From a bacterium (lineage in GTDB: Bacteria > UBA8248 > JACPRG01 > G963555815): a DNA stretch of 64,000 nt. How positions within the stretch are numbered: position 1 is the stretch's first letter; each line of letters starts with the position of its first letter. Where the stretch lies: positions 1 through 64,000 of the forward strand of contig CAUVWX020000002.1 in NCBI GenBank assembly GCA_963555815.3, read 5' to 3'. Positions 9,079 through 20,269 of the stretch are shown in pieces. A program made the translations under genes and the position numbers. The notes beneath the pieces were generated by a model. The model worked only from the letters and a program-made list of their open reading frames with translations, had not been told where the DNA came from and did not search any database.

Positions 9079-11286
9079 TCAGCCCTCCGGCAAGAAACTG
9101 CCCCCGCTGCAGGTCCGCGTGGGTTCGTTTCCTCTGAGGAAGGCGAGCCGAATGGCCCTGTTTCGGCAGGTCCTGTCCACCACGAAGCCTGTCTTCGAAT
9201 CCACGTCAAGTAAGGTGATGTTGGGAGGAATGTCGAAATCCTGGAGCGGACTGCCCTTGAACCAGGAGGCCATGGTCTTTCTCCAGATGGGGAGGGCGGC
9301 CCGGGCGCCCGTCTCCCCGTGGCCGATGGGCTCACTGGTATCAAGCCCGACCCACACCCCGAGGGCGATATCGGGTGAGAAACCGATGAACCAGGCGTCC
9401 TTGAAATCGTTCGTGGTCCCCGTCTTTCCCGCGAGGGGTCTTCCGAGGTTCTTGGCCCGAGTGCCGGTTCCGCGCTGGATGACGCCCCTCAACATGTGAG
9501 TCACTAGGTAAGCCACGTCGGGATGAAGGGCCCGCTCGAACTGGGGAACGTGCTCGAAGAGGGTTCGCCCCTGCGCGTCCCGGATGAGACGGATAGCGAA
9601 GGGGGAGGGCCGGAGGCCGGCGTTCCCGAAGGCGCCATAGGCCGAGGTGATCTCCATGAGGTTCACCTCTGAGGTGCCCAGGGCGAGGGTGAGGTAGGGC
9701 TCAAGAGGGCTCTCGATCCCGAGCCGGCGAGCCTGGCGGACCACCCGACTGGGTTTCACCTCACTGAGAAGCTTGATGGTCGCCACGTTGATGGAATCCT
9801 CCAGGGCCTCTTGAAGCGTAACCGGACCGTGGAATCTGCCCTCGTAGTTGGCGGGCTCCCAGGGTTCCCCTGTGGCGTCCGGAAAGGACACGGGGGTGTC
9901 CTCCACGATGTCTGTGACCTTGAACCCCGTGGCCAGGGCGGTCGCGTAGATGAAGGGTTTGAAGGCCGAACCCGGCTGGCGCTGGGCCTGGGTTGCTCGG
10001 TTGAAGCGGGTTCTGGCGAAGTCCCTCCCCCCGACCATGGCCCGGATGGCCCCACTCTTCAGGTCCAGTGCGACCAGGGCCCCCTCTGTCTCGGGCAAAA
10101 ATCTCAGCTCCAGGCGGGAGCCTTCCTCACCGACTCCAATTACCTTTCCCCAAATGGGGAATCCGGGCTCGAAACGTCCGGCCTGGGAAGAGGTTGAAAA
10201 CTCGATGGCCCCGGGATGGCCCAAAAAGTCAGCCATGACGGTTTTTCCCAAGACTTCCACCACCACGCCACGGACCTTCTGGCCCACTCGGGGTGGCAGC
10301 GCCCCATCGTCTGCGGCAGGGGTCTCTCTATCTACGAGGCCTCTCCTTTGGTCCAGTTCCCGGAGCCCCTCGAGATAGGCCGCCTCGGCCTCTTCCTGTA
10401 AGTCGAGATCCAGTGTGGTGTAAATCTCCAGGCCCTGGCGGTAAAAGGGACCTGCCCCGTAACGTTCTTCGAGCTCTTGGCGGACCTGTTCGACAAAGTA
10501 GGGGGCAGCGGGGCTGGTGACGGGGGCGCGGGTGTATAGCTCCATAGGGGTCGCGACGGCCTTTGCTTCCTCATCGGCCGTGATGAATCCCACCTCGCGC
10601 ATCCGTCTGAGGACCAGGTTGCGCCGTTTTAGCGCGGCGACGGGGTTCTGAAGGGGTGAGAAGCGGGAAGGGGCCTTCGGCAAGGCGGCCAGGAGGGCGG
10701 CCTCGGGGAGGGCCAGATTCTCGACCTCTTTTCCAAAGTAGGTTTGTGCGGCTGCCTGTACCCCATATGCGCCGCTCCCGAGATAGATCTGGTTGAAGTA
10801 GAGGGCGAGGATCTCATCCTTGGTATAGCGCTGCTCAATCCGAAGCGAGAGGAGGGCTTCCTCGAACTTTCGGGAAAGGCTCCTCTCTGGTTTGAGGAAG
10901 AGGAGCTTTGCCAGCTGCTGGGTGATGGTGCTCCCGCCCTGGACCACACGGCCCGCCCGGTAGTTGGCCCAGGCCGCCCGGAGGATTCCCTTTACTTCGA
11001 CCCCCCTGTGGCGATAAAAGCCCACGTCCTCCACAGCCAGGGTGGCCTGGACAAGATGTTTTGGGATGCGGTTGAGGGGGACCAGGACACGCCGTTCGTG
11101 GGTGAACTTGCCGATCAGGCGGTCTTTGGCGTCAAAGACGCGGGTAATGGTGCTGGGGCGGTAGCGTTCCAGTTCTTGAAGGTGGGGGACGGCGTTGAAC
11201 CGGGCGGCGAGGAGGCCGGCACCGATTCCCAGCAAGACAGCGAGAAGGATGGGAATACTCAAAAGGATCCACGTCCGGCGTCTCAA
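9079..11286 (-). CDS. mrcA: Class A penicillin-binding protein 1A
   Basis: N-terminal TM; transglycosylase EDxxF, QGGSTITQQLAK, RKxxE; transpeptidase SAFK, SIN, KTGT. Confidence 0.92.
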   Translation of the reverse strand: MRRRTWILLSIPILLAVLLGIGAGLLAARFNAVPHLQELERYRPSTITRVFDAKDRLIGKFTHERRVLVPLNRIPKHLVQATLAVEDVGFYRHRGVEVKGILRAAWANYRAGRVVQGGSTITQQLAKLLFLKPERSLSRKFEEALLSLRIEQRYTKDEILALYFNQIYLGSGAYGVQAAAQTYFGKEVENLALPEAALLAALPKAPSRFSPLQNPVAALKRRNLVLRRMREVGFITADEEAKAVATPMELYTRAPVTSPAAPYFVEQVRQELEERYGAGPFYRQGLEIYTTLDLDLQEEAEAAYLEGLRELDQRRGLVDRETPAADDGALPPRVGQKVRGVVVEVLGKTVMADFLGHPGAIEFSTSSQAGRFEPGFPIWGKVIGVGEEGSRLELRFLPETEGALVALDLKSGAIRAMVGGRDFARTRFNRATQAQRQPGSAFKPFIYATALATGFKVTDIVEDTPVSFPDATGEPWEPANYEGRFHGPVTLQEALEDSINVATIKLLSEVKPSRVVRQARRLGIESPLEPYLTLALGTSEVNLMEITSAYGAFGNAGLRPSPFAIRLIRDAQGRTLFEHVPQFERALHPDVAYLVTHMLRGVIQRGTGTRAKNLGRPLAGKTGTTNDFKDAWFIGFSPDIALGVWVGLDTSEPIGHGETGARAALPIWRKTMASWFKGSPLQDFDIPPNITLLDVDSKTGFVVDRTCRNRAIRLAFLRGNEPTRTCSGGSFLPEG

Positions 11287-11342
11287 TGCCTTATCTCCGA
11301 GCGGCGATCCAGGCAGGGTTCTTCATTGGCTATCTACTGAGT

Positions 11343-11419
11343 AGTCTAGCACAATTAGGCATGGAATCTCGCCCCGTAAGGACTTCTATATTGACACAAC
11401 TAGCTAGAAATGCTACCGT
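11343..11419. promoter_or_regulatory. Divergent promoters for PBP1A and HNH-uvrB
   Basis: Plus strand TTGACA (11391-11396), 17 bp, TACCGT (11414-11419) with TGn extension; minus strand TGn-TAGACT (11348-11343). Confidence 0.55.
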
Positions 11420-11451
11420 TCGAGGAATTTCTCTCATGGGAGCCTTTAATC

Positions 11452-11991
11452 GTGGCAGGATTGAGCACCTTTTGGGTGTTGGTGCTGAATCAGACTTTTG
11501 AGCCCCTTCACGTCTGCCCCGCCCGGCGGGCGGTGACGATGCTCCTTCGGGGCCGCGCTGAGAAAGTCGAAGAGGACGGTTACGTAGTCCGCTCGCCGAG
11601 TATGGCCTTCCGCCTTCCGAGTGTCATCCGTCTGCGCCGCTACATCTCCCTGCCCCGCTGGGGCGAGATTGCCTTCAGCAAAAAGAATGTCTTCAAGCGG
11701 GACCGCTACGCCTGCCAATATTGTGGGGTCCAGGCGAAAGGGCTTACCATCGACCATGTCTTGTCCAGATCCCGGGGGGGGAAAACGACCTGGGATAACG
11801 TCGTGACGGCCTGCCGACCGTGCAATGCCGTCAAAGGAGATCGAACGCTCGCCGAGAGCGAGTTCCGGCTCCTTCGCTCTCCCGTGCGGCCCTATTTCCT
11901 CTTGCGCCACTACGCCTACTCGGGGCAGCACCAGTCGACCCTCTCCTCCTGGGATAAGTATCTTCATCCGAGGCGGGCCCGCCGACCCTGA
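11452..11991 (+). CDS. HNH endonuclease (McrA-like)
   Basis: [11 protein letters not shown]...[14 protein letters not shown]...[12 protein letters not shown]...[12 protein letters not shown]. Start moved to GTG 11452 (GGGAG upstream) because ATG 11410 lies in the promoter. Confidence 0.88.
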   Translation: MAGLSTFWVLVLNQTFEPLHVCPARRAVTMLLRGRAEKVEEDGYVVRSPSMAFRLPSVIRLRRYISLPRWGEIAFSKKNVFKRDRYACQYCGVQAKGLTIDHVLSRSRGGKTTWDNVVTACRPCNAVKGDRTLAESEFRLLRSPVRPYFLLRHYAYSGQHQSTLSSWDKYLHPRRARRP

Positions 11992-12062
11992 CTTTCCCGG
12001 CAGCGGACAGGTATGCCCCAGGGCCAACGCCTCCCGCCGTCCGGGAGGAGCCGCCTCCAGCC

Positions 12063-14060
12063 ATGAGCGAGTTTCAGCTGGTCTCGGACTTTCAGCCCAC
12101 GGGGGACCAGCCCCGGGCCATCTCCGAGCTCTTGGCCAATATCGATTCAGGTATCTCCCAACAGGTCCTTCTCGGGGTGACGGGGTCCGGTAAAACCTTC
12201 ACCATGGCCAACGTGATCGCGGCCATGGGCAAGCCGACCATCGTAGTCGCCCCCAATAAGACCCTGGCGGCTCAGCTCTACACGGAGTTTCGAGCCTTTT
12301 TCCCCCACAACGCCGTCGAATACTTCGTCAGCTATTACGACTATTATCAGCCTGAGGCCTATATCCCACAGACGGACACCTACATCGAGAAAGACGCCTC
12401 CATCAACGACCAGCTGGACAAGTTCCGCCACTCCGCCACCCGCTCCCTCCTCACGCGCCGGGATGTCCTTATCGTGGCGAGCGTGTCGTGCATCTACGGG
12501 CTCGGTTCTCCTGAGACCTACCACGGGATGCACATCTATCTCAAAGAGGGCCAGCGCATCGACCGGGACGAAGTCCTCACGCGGCTCGTACAGATTCAGT
12601 ATCAGAGAAACGACTTAGACTTTCGTAGGGGCACCTTCCGGGTGCGGGGGGACGTGGTGGAGGTCCTGCCCGCTCATGAAGAAGAAGAGGCCATCCGGCT
12701 GGAATTCTTCGGGGATGAGATCGAGGCCATCTCGGAGATCGACCCCCTTCGCGGGCGGGTTCTCCGGAAGGTCGCCTCGGTGGACATCTACCCCAGCAGC
12801 CATTACGTCACGCCCGAGGACCGGCTGGAACGGGCCGTGGTGGGCATCGAGCAGGAGCTGGAAGAGCGCCTGACGGAGCTCGAGGGGGCGGAAAAGCTGG
12901 TGGAGGCTCAGCGGCTCCGCCAGAGAACCCGCTTTGACCTGGAGATGTTTCGTGAGGTGGGTTTTTGCACCGGGATCGAGAACTACTCCCGACATCTGGA
13001 AGGGCGGGCCCCGGGGGAACCCCCTAACACCCTCCTCAGCTACTTCCCCTCGGACGCCCTCTTCATCATCGACGAGAGTCACGTGAGCATCCCGCAGTTC
13101 AGGGGAATGTACGAGGGGGACCGTTCGCGAAAGCTCTCCCTGGTCGAGCACGGCTTTCGGCTCCCCTCAGCCCTGGACAACCGGCCCCTGAACTTCAAGG
13201 AGTTCGAGAAGCGGGTTCAACAGATCATCTACATCTCGGCGACCCCGGCCCCCTACGAGCTGACCAAGAGTAAAGGGATCGTGGTTGAACAGATCATTCG
13301 TCCAACCGGCCTCACGGATCCGAATATCGAGGTCCGTCCCGTGAGAGGCCAGGTGGACGACCTTCTGGTAGAGATCCGAAAGCGGGTCGAGGCGGGCGAG
13401 CGGGTCCTCATCACGACCCTCACCAAGCGCTTCGCCGAGGACCTTGCCGAGTACTATCAGGAGCTGGGGGTCAGGGTCCGTTACCTCCACTCGGACATCG
13501 ACACCCTGGAGCGAGTCGCCATCATTCGAGAGCTTCGCAAGGGGGAGTTTGATGTCTTAGTGGGGATCAACCTCCTTCGCGAGGGTCTAGACCTTCCCGA
13601 GGTCTCCCTGGTCGCTATCCTGGACGCTGACAAGGAGGGTTTTCTGCGTTCGGAGACCTCTCTCATCCAGACCGCCGGCCGGGCTGCCCGGAATATCCAC
13701 GGCACCGTCTTCATGTATGCGGATCATATGACTCGGTCAATTCAGGGCGCGCTTCGAGAGACCCACCGACGCCAACAGATCCAGCAGGCCTACAACGAAG
13801 CCCACGGCATCATACCGAGGAGCGTCGAGCGCGGGATCCGCGAAATTATGGCCCAGGCCTCCGACCGAGACTACATTACAGTCTCGAAGGTGGCCGAAGA
13901 GGAGGCCCCGTATTTCTCTCCCGGCGACGGCCGTGGCGACGTAGAGGCCTTGCGCAAGGAGATGCTGGAGGCGGCCAAGCGCCTTGAGTTTGAGCGGGCG
14001 GCGGAGCTGCGGGATCAGATTCGCGCCATCGAGCGGCGCGAGCTGGGGATAAAAGCGTGA
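12063..14060 (+). CDS. uvrB: Excinuclease ABC subunit B
   Basis: [27 protein letters not shown]-terminal UVR domain. Confidence 0.98.
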   Translation: MSEFQLVSDFQPTGDQPRAISELLANIDSGISQQVLLGVTGSGKTFTMANVIAAMGKPTIVVAPNKTLAAQLYTEFRAFFPHNAVEYFVSYYDYYQPEAYIPQTDTYIEKDASINDQLDKFRHSATRSLLTRRDVLIVASVSCIYGLGSPETYHGMHIYLKEGQRIDRDEVLTRLVQIQYQRNDLDFRRGTFRVRGDVVEVLPAHEEEEAIRLEFFGDEIEAISEIDPLRGRVLRKVASVDIYPSSHYVTPEDRLERAVVGIEQELEERLTELEGAEKLVEAQRLRQRTRFDLEMFREVGFCTGIENYSRHLEGRAPGEPPNTLLSYFPSDALFIIDESHVSIPQFRGMYEGDRSRKLSLVEHGFRLPSALDNRPLNFKEFEKRVQQIIYISATPAPYELTKSKGIVVEQIIRPTGLTDPNIEVRPVRGQVDDLLVEIRKRVEAGERVLITTLTKRFAEDLAEYYQELGVRVRYLHSDIDTLERVAIIRELRKGEFDVLVGINLLREGLDLPEVSLVAILDADKEGFLRSETSLIQTAGRAARNIHGTVFMYADHMTRSIQGALRETHRRQQIQQAYNEAHGIIPRSVERGIREIMAQASDRDYITVSKVAEEEAPYFSPGDGRGDVEALRKEMLEAAKRLEFERAAELRDQIRAIERRELGIKA

Positions 14061-14091
14061 GGAGATCTCTTCCCTTCCAGGTGGTTTTACA

Positions 14092-15951
14092 ATGGGCGCT
14101 CATGCGGTAGCCCCGCAGAAGACGACGACAGAGACTCTTAAGCCAGGTCGCATGGGTGAGGGGGCCCCGCCCGTTCCCGGGATCTACCTCATGAAGGACG
14201 GCCGGGAGAGGATTCTTTACGTCGGAAAGGCCAAATCCCTGCGCCAGCGTGTGCGGTCCTATTTCACCCCGTCGGTTGAGCATGGCCCTCGGATCTGTTC
14301 GATGGTGAAGCAGGTGGCCTCCGTGGATTATGTGGTAACGGACAATGATGTGGAGGCACTGATCCTTGAGAGCAACTACATCAAGCGCCACAAGCCCAAG
14401 TACAACGTTATCTTCCGGGACGACAAGCATTATCCCTATCTTCGTTTCACCACCCATGAGCCCTATCCCCGGCTGGAGATCGTCCGGGGGGTGAAGCGGG
14501 ACGGGGCGAGCTATTTCGGGCCTTATGTGTCAGCCAAGTCCATCCGCCGCACCCTTCGCCTGATCCATAAGATCTTTCCCCTCCGTCAGTGCGTAGAGCC
14601 CATCGACGGGAAGCGTGAGCGCCCGTGCCTCGAGTACCAGATGAAGCGGTGCATTGCCCCTTGTGTCGAATACTGTTCCAAGGAGGACTATGACCGTCTC
14701 GTCGAGGAGGTCACCCTCTTCCTGAGGGGAAGGGACCGTGACCTCCTGAAGGGCCTTCTGGCCAAGATGGAGTCCGCCTCGGAAGACCTCCGCTATGAGG
14801 AGGCGGCCAAATACCGCGACCAGGTCCGGGCCGTCGAGCGAGTGGTCGAGCGCCAGCGGATTATCTCCACGGGCCTGGAGGATCAGGACGTCGTGGGTCT
14901 CCACCGGTTTGGAAACAAGGCGCGGGTCCAAGTCTTTTTCGTCCGGGGGGGGAAGATTCTCGGGGACCGAGGTTTTGATCTTCGCTACGACGCGGGGGAG
15001 GAGAGCGGGGAACTGCTCGCCTCTTTCCTCAAGCAGTACTACAGCCGGGGCACCTTCATCCCCCCGGAGATCCTCCTAGACGGGCAGATCCCAGAGCGGG
15101 AGCTTATTGAGGCCTGGCTATCGAGCCAGCGGGGGGGACGGGTCGAACTCCAGGTGCCGCAACGGGGTAAAAAGGCCCACCTCCTTCGCATGGCTCGGGA
15201 GAACGCCCGCTTTTTCCTGGAGAACCCGCTGGATGCAGGCCCCCCGACGAAAGACCTTCTGGAGGAGTTGCGAGAGGTCCTTCGCCTTCGCGAGACCCCC
15301 AAGCGCATCGAGGCCTTTGACATCTCCAACATCCAGGGGCAGGATGCTGTGGGCGCCATGGTGGTTTTTCTCGACGGGCGTCCCCGTAAGGAGGAATACC
15401 GCCACTACATCATCCAGCGCGAGGGGCCTCCTGATGACTACGCGATGATGGAGGAGGTCTTAGACCGTCGCTTTCGCCGGGCCATTCAAGAGGGAGGGCC
15501 CTGGCCCCAGCTCGTTCTTGTGGACGGGGGAAAGGGGCAGCTCCAAGTCGCCCTTCGCGTCCTCGAGAAGTTGGGCATCGCCTATATCCCGGTCCTTGCC
15601 CTCGCCAAAGGAGAGAATCGACGGGGCCGAAATGACCTCGTGTATCTCCCCGAGGTCTCGGGGCCCGTGCCGCTCCTGCCGGATTCCCCGGTCAGATATC
15701 TCCTCCAGAGGGTTCGCGATGAGACCCACCGCTTCGCCATCACATTCCACCGAAAGCGCCGGGGGCGGGCTCAGCTCCGGTCCCTCCTCGACGAAATCCC
15801 TGGGATTGGACCTGCTCGTCGGGCCTCACTGCTGAGATATTTCGGCAGTGTGGAGCAGATCCGGGGGGCCGAGGTGGAAACGCTGGCGGGCATCCCTCAC
15901 ATGACGCAGACCCTTGCCCACGCTGTGAAGGATCAGCTGGGAGGAATATAG
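14092..15951 (+). CDS. uvrC: Excinuclease ABC subunit C
   Basis: GIY-YIG (PGIYLM...YVGKAKSL), Cys cluster, UVR, RNase H-like EAFDIS/VDGGKGQ, C-terminal HhH; start uncertain. Confidence 0.96.
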   Translation: MGAHAVAPQKTTTETLKPGRMGEGAPPVPGIYLMKDGRERILYVGKAKSLRQRVRSYFTPSVEHGPRICSMVKQVASVDYVVTDNDVEALILESNYIKRHKPKYNVIFRDDKHYPYLRFTTHEPYPRLEIVRGVKRDGASYFGPYVSAKSIRRTLRLIHKIFPLRQCVEPIDGKRERPCLEYQMKRCIAPCVEYCSKEDYDRLVEEVTLFLRGRDRDLLKGLLAKMESASEDLRYEEAAKYRDQVRAVERVVERQRIISTGLEDQDVVGLHRFGNKARVQVFFVRGGKILGDRGFDLRYDAGEESGELLASFLKQYYSRGTFIPPEILLDGQIPERELIEAWLSSQRGGRVELQVPQRGKKAHLLRMARENARFFLENPLDAGPPTKDLLEELREVLRLRETPKRIEAFDISNIQGQDAVGAMVVFLDGRPRKEEYRHYIIQREGPPDDYAMMEEVLDRRFRRAIQEGGPWPQLVLVDGGKGQLQVALRVLEKLGIAYIPVLALAKGENRRGRNDLVYLPEVSGPVPLLPDSPVRYLLQRVRDETHRFAITFHRKRRGRAQLRSLLDEIPGIGPARRASLLRYFGSVEQIRGAEVETLAGIPHMTQTLAHAVKDQLGGI

Positions 15952-17549
15952 TGAGTCCATTCATCAGATCAAAAGCCGTCCAAGGCCGCCCTGGGGAGGG
16001 GGGACAGAATTCTTTTCTTCTCAGGCGGGCCCTCCTTGCGGCGCTTTCGGGGGTTCTCCTCATCCTCATCTTCCCCAAGTTCAACTTTGAACCGCTCGCC
16101 TGGGTGGTTCTCGTGCCCCTGCTGGCGGCGATAGACGGCGTGTCCCCCCGGCGGGCCTTCTGGCTGGGATGGCTCTTCGGGCTGGTGGGCTATACAGGCA
16201 TCCTGCATTGGCTTACGGGGACGATGGTCCGCTACGGAGGGATCCCGGGGCCCACGAGCGTCATGGTCATGCTTCTCCTCGTCCTCTACATCGGCCTCTA
16301 CACGGCGGCCTTCGCCTACCTCCTCGTGCGGGTGGCGGGCGAGCGGCCGCTCCTTCGCTTCGCCTTTGCCCCGGTCCTCTGGACCACCCTGGAGCTCGTC
16401 AGGACGCACTTTCTATCTGGTTTCCCGTGGGGGTCCCTCGGTTACGCTCAATTCTTGACCCTTCCCGTCATCCAGGTGGCGGACCTCACGGGGGTCTACG
16501 GGGTGAGCTTTCTCTTAGTCTTGGTGAACGCCGCGGTGTGGCATCTCCTTCGCCACAGACGGGAGCGGGGCCTCGCCGTCGGGGTGACGACGGCCCTCAT
16601 TGTTCTCGCCGTCCTCATCTATGGAAACCTCCGCCTTCGCCAATACGGGGCCCTGCTGGCTGAGGGGGGGGCCTCCTCGGGCGTCCAGCCCGTCCGGGTG
16701 GCACTCCTTCAGGGCAACATCGAGCAAGACGTCAAGTGGGATCGATCCTTCCAGAAGAAGACCCTCGCCATCTATCGGGACCTGACGCTCCAGGCGAAAG
16801 CGAATGACCCCGATCTCATCGTCTGGCCTGAGACCGCAGCCCCCTTCTTTTTCACCAGGGACAGAGAGTCTCGGGAGGTCGTCATGGGGATTGCGGAGGA
16901 GGCTGGTGTGCCCCTCCTGTTTGGGGGACTCGCTATGGACGAAGGCTCCGGCGTCTCTCGTCGTCTTAACAGCGCCTTCTTTCTTTCCTCCAACGGGAGT
17001 CTCCTCGGGCGATATGACAAAATTCATCTGGTGCCCTTCGGGGAATATGTGCCCCTCGGTTTCCTGAGGCCTCTCTTTGCGGGTATTCTGCAAGCCGTTG
17101 GGGAATTCTCATCCGGCAGTGAGCGCGTCGTGCTGGAGGGGCCAGGGGGACCCCTCAGCGTACTCATCTGCTATGAGGTCATCTTTCCAAACGAGGTGAG
17201 ACAGTTCGTGCGAGGGGGCGCCCGCTATCTCGTCAACCTGACCAATGACGCTTGGTTTGGTCGCACCGCCGCCCCCTTCCAGCACGTCGCCGCGGTGGCC
17301 CTTCGGGCGGTGGAGAACCGGGTGCCCATCGTTCGAGCCGCCAACACAGGGATTACGGCCGTTATCGACCCGACGGGCCAGATCCGTCAGCCCACCGACC
17401 TCTTTGTGCGAACCCAGGTTGCGGCCGAGGTCTTACCGCGCGGCCAAACACTCTCAGCCTATACGGCCTATGGAGACGTCTTCGCTTATCTTTCTTCGGC
17501 CATCGTCCTGGTGGTTTTGGGATTCAGCAAGTTTGGCCGTCGCCGTTAA
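15951..17549 (+). CDS. lnt: Apolipoprotein N-acyltransferase
   Basis: Multiple TMs, GFPW, QGNI, WPET, KIHLVPFGEY, ICYE triad. Confidence 0.95.
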   Translation: MSPFIRSKAVQGRPGEGGQNSFLLRRALLAALSGVLLILIFPKFNFEPLAWVVLVPLLAAIDGVSPRRAFWLGWLFGLVGYTGILHWLTGTMVRYGGIPGPTSVMVMLLLVLYIGLYTAAFAYLLVRVAGERPLLRFAFAPVLWTTLELVRTHFLSGFPWGSLGYAQFLTLPVIQVADLTGVYGVSFLLVLVNAAVWHLLRHRRERGLAVGVTTALIVLAVLIYGNLRLRQYGALLAEGGASSGVQPVRVALLQGNIEQDVKWDRSFQKKTLAIYRDLTLQAKANDPDLIVWPETAAPFFFTRDRESREVVMGIAEEAGVPLLFGGLAMDEGSGVSRRLNSAFFLSSNGSLLGRYDKIHLVPFGEYVPLGFLRPLFAGILQAVGEFSSGSERVVLEGPGGPLSVLICYEVIFPNEVRQFVRGGARYLVNLTNDAWFGRTAAPFQHVAAVALRAVENRVPIVRAANTGITAVIDPTGQIRQPTDLFVRTQVAAEVLPRGQTLSAYTAYGDVFAYLSSAIVLVVLGFSKFGRRR

Positions 17550-17562
17550 TGGAGGACACATC

Positions 17563-18661
17563 ATGAATGAGACCCTCAAGAGCGTGTTCGACGATCTAAT
17601 CCGACGTCTGGAAGCCGTCCGAGGTCGTCTTTGACCTAGCGGAGAAGGAAAAAGAGATCGTCCGGCTGGAGGCCGAGGTGATCAAGGAGGGCTTCTGGGA
17701 CGACCGCGAAACCGCCCAGCGAACCCTTCAGCGACGGGCCGCCCTGGCCGAGGAAGTGGAGAAGTGGGCTCAGGTGAGGAAGCGTCTAGAAGAAGGACAG
17801 GGCCTCCTTGAGCTCATTGCCGAGGAGGGAGACGAGTCCCTTCTCCCAGACGTAGAGAAGGAGGCAGAGTCCGTCACCCGGGCCGTTGAGGCCCTGGAAT
17901 TCAACCTGATGCTGGGGGGGCCGCATGACCAGAAGAATGCCCTCGTCAGCATCAACGCTGGAGCTGGGGGGACGGAATCTCAGGATTGGGCTGATATCCT
18001 CCTTCGGATGTATCTCAAGTGGGCCGAGCGAAAGGGGTTTGAGAAGGAGCTCCTGGATTACCAACCCGGGGAGGAGGCGGGGTTAAAGAGCGTCACCTTC
18101 GCTGTGAACGGCTCCTATGCCTATGGATACCTCCGGGCGGAGGTCGGGGTGCACCGCCTTGTGCGGATATCTCCCTTTGACGCCAGCCATCGTCGCCACA
18201 CCTCCTTCGCCTCGGTCTTTGTCTTCCCAGAGATCGACGACAGCATCCAGGTCGAGATTGACGAGGCCGATCTTCGCGTTGACACTTATCGCAGCAGCGG
18301 GGCAGGGGGCCAGCACGTGAACGTGACTGACTCAGCCGTTCGGATCACCCATCTGCCCACCGGGATCGTGGTACAGTGCCAAAATGAGCGTTCTCAGCAC
18401 AAGAACAGGGCCACCGCCCTCAAGGTGCTGCGCTCGCGTCTCTATGAGTTCGAGCAAAAGAAACGGGAGGAAGAGCTCGAAGAGATGCACAGCGACAAGA
18501 AAAAGATCGCCTGGGGCAGCCAGATTCGCTCCTACGTCCTCCACCCCTACCGCCGGATTAAGGACCACCGCACCAGCCTTGAGGTGGGAAACGTAGACGC
18601 CGTCCTGGACGGGGATCTCGACCCCTTCATCGAGGCCTATTTGCTGAAGGGGGAGACCTAA
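17563..18661 (+). CDS. prfB: Peptide chain release factor 2, with programmed +1 frameshift
   Basis: GGAGG then ATG 17563; CTT-TGA-C at 17629-17635 after SD-like GAGGT; the +1 frame contains SPF and GGQ. Confidence 0.97.
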
Positions 18662-18755
18662 GGAGCACCTGCATCGATGGCCCCTGAGCCATTGAATATC
18701 TTGAAGGTGATATGAATTCTATCTTCCGCACCCGCAGGGGACTTTCAATTGCGCC

Positions 18756-20267
18756 ATGGATGAAACCCACCACCTGAGAGCCCAGCGCGAAGCCAAGCTG
18801 GATGCCTTTCGCAAGCTGGGGATCGATCCCTACGTCCACCGGTTTCCGACCACCACTGTCCTCTCGGCCCTCGTTCGCAAATTCGAGGGCCGGGCCGCTG
18901 AGGAGCTCGAAGACCAGAAAGAGAATCCTCAGGTTGTGGCGGGGCGGTTGATGGGCAAGCGACGCCAGGGGGGGATCTCCTTCGGCGACCTTCGGGACGG
19001 AACTGGGGGGGTCCAGATCGTGGCCGAGAAGAATGTCCTCGGGGAGGCTGGGTACACTTTCTTTCAGAAGCTCGATGTGGGGGACTTCGTCGGTGTGAAG
19101 GGGGAAGTTTTTAAGACCCGGGCGGGAGAGCTTTCTGTCCGCGTTCGGGAGCTGACGCTCCTTTCGAAATCTCTGCGACCCCTTCCCGAGAAGTGGCATG
19201 GGCTGCGAGATGTGGAGACCCGCTACCGACAGCGCTACCTGGACCTCGTGATGAACCGGGAGGTGAAGGAGGTCTTTCGCAAGCGGACCCGCATTGTCCA
19301 GGCCCTTCGGGATGGACTGAACGCTCGGGATTTTCTGGAGGTGGAAACCCCGATGATGCAGCCCATTGTGGGGGGTGCGACTGCCCGGCCCTTCGTCACC
19401 CATCATCACACCTTCGACATGCCTCTCTACCTGCGGGTGGCCCCTGAGCTCTACCTGAAGCGGCTGATCGTGGGGGGGTTCGACCGGGTCTATGAGATGA
19501 ACCGTAGCTTTCGGAACGAGGGGATCTCGACGGAGCACAACCCTGAGTTCACGATGCTGGAATTTTACATGGCCTACGCCGATTACCAGGATATGATGGA
19601 TCTCGTCGAGGCCCTTCTGGTGGAGACGGCCCAGACGGTCCTGGGCTCTCTTCACCTCCCGTGGTGTGGAGAGACCCTTGATCTCACCCCCCCTTGGAGG
19701 AGACTCTCCTTGATGGAGGCTTTGGAAACCTTCGGGGGGATCTCCCCTCGGGAGGCCGCGCAGGAGGACTCGGCCCGGGCCTTTGCCCTGGCGCACGAGG
19801 TCCAGATCTCGCCCCAAGACTCCCGGGCGAAAATCCTCCACCAGATCCTGGAGACGAGGGTTGAGCCCGCCCTCCTGCAGCCCACCTTCCTCTTCGACTA
19901 TCCTTTAGAAATCTCCCCGCTTGCCAAGTCCAAACCCGACGAGAGGGAGACCGTGGAGCGATTTGAGCTCTTTATCGGTGGCAAGGAGATCGCCAACGCC
20001 TACACCGAACTGAACGACCCCGTGGACCAACGGGCGCGATTTGAGGAGCAGGTGGGTCTTCGCGAGGGGGGGGACCCGGAGGCCCAGATGATGGACCTCG
20101 ACTATCTCCGGGCGCTAGAGTATGGGATGCCCCCGACGGCGGGGGCGGGGATCGGTGTGGACCGCCTGGTCATGATCTTGACCCAATCTCCCTCTATCCG
20201 CGACGTTATCCTTTTCCCCCAGCTTAGGCGCGAGGGCGCCCTGGGGGACGGGCACAAGGAGGGCTAG
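18756..20267 (+). CDS. lysS: Lysyl-tRNA synthetase, class II
   Basis: OB anticodon domain, RYRQRYLDL, FRNEG, YGMPPTAGAGIGVDRL. Confidence 0.97.
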   Translation: MDETHHLRAQREAKLDAFRKLGIDPYVHRFPTTTVLSALVRKFEGRAAEELEDQKENPQVVAGRLMGKRRQGGISFGDLRDGTGGVQIVAEKNVLGEAGYTFFQKLDVGDFVGVKGEVFKTRAGELSVRVRELTLLSKSLRPLPEKWHGLRDVETRYRQRYLDLVMNREVKEVFRKRTRIVQALRDGLNARDFLEVETPMMQPIVGGATARPFVTHHHTFDMPLYLRVAPELYLKRLIVGGFDRVYEMNRSFRNEGISTEHNPEFTMLEFYMAYADYQDMMDLVEALLVETAQTVLGSLHLPWCGETLDLTPPWRRLSLMEALETFGGISPREAAQEDSARAFALAHEVQISPQDSRAKILHQILETRVEPALLQPTFLFDYPLEISPLAKSKPDERETVERFELFIGGKEIANAYTELNDPVDQRARFEEQVGLREGGDPEAQMMDLDYLRALEYGMPPTAGAGIGVDRLVMILTQSPSIRDVILFPQLRREGALGDGHKEG

Positions 20268-20269
20268 CC

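Noticed and set aside
17678..18661. prfB as an N-terminally truncated gene or pseudogene
   Set aside because: Explained by the canonical programmed +1 frameshift.
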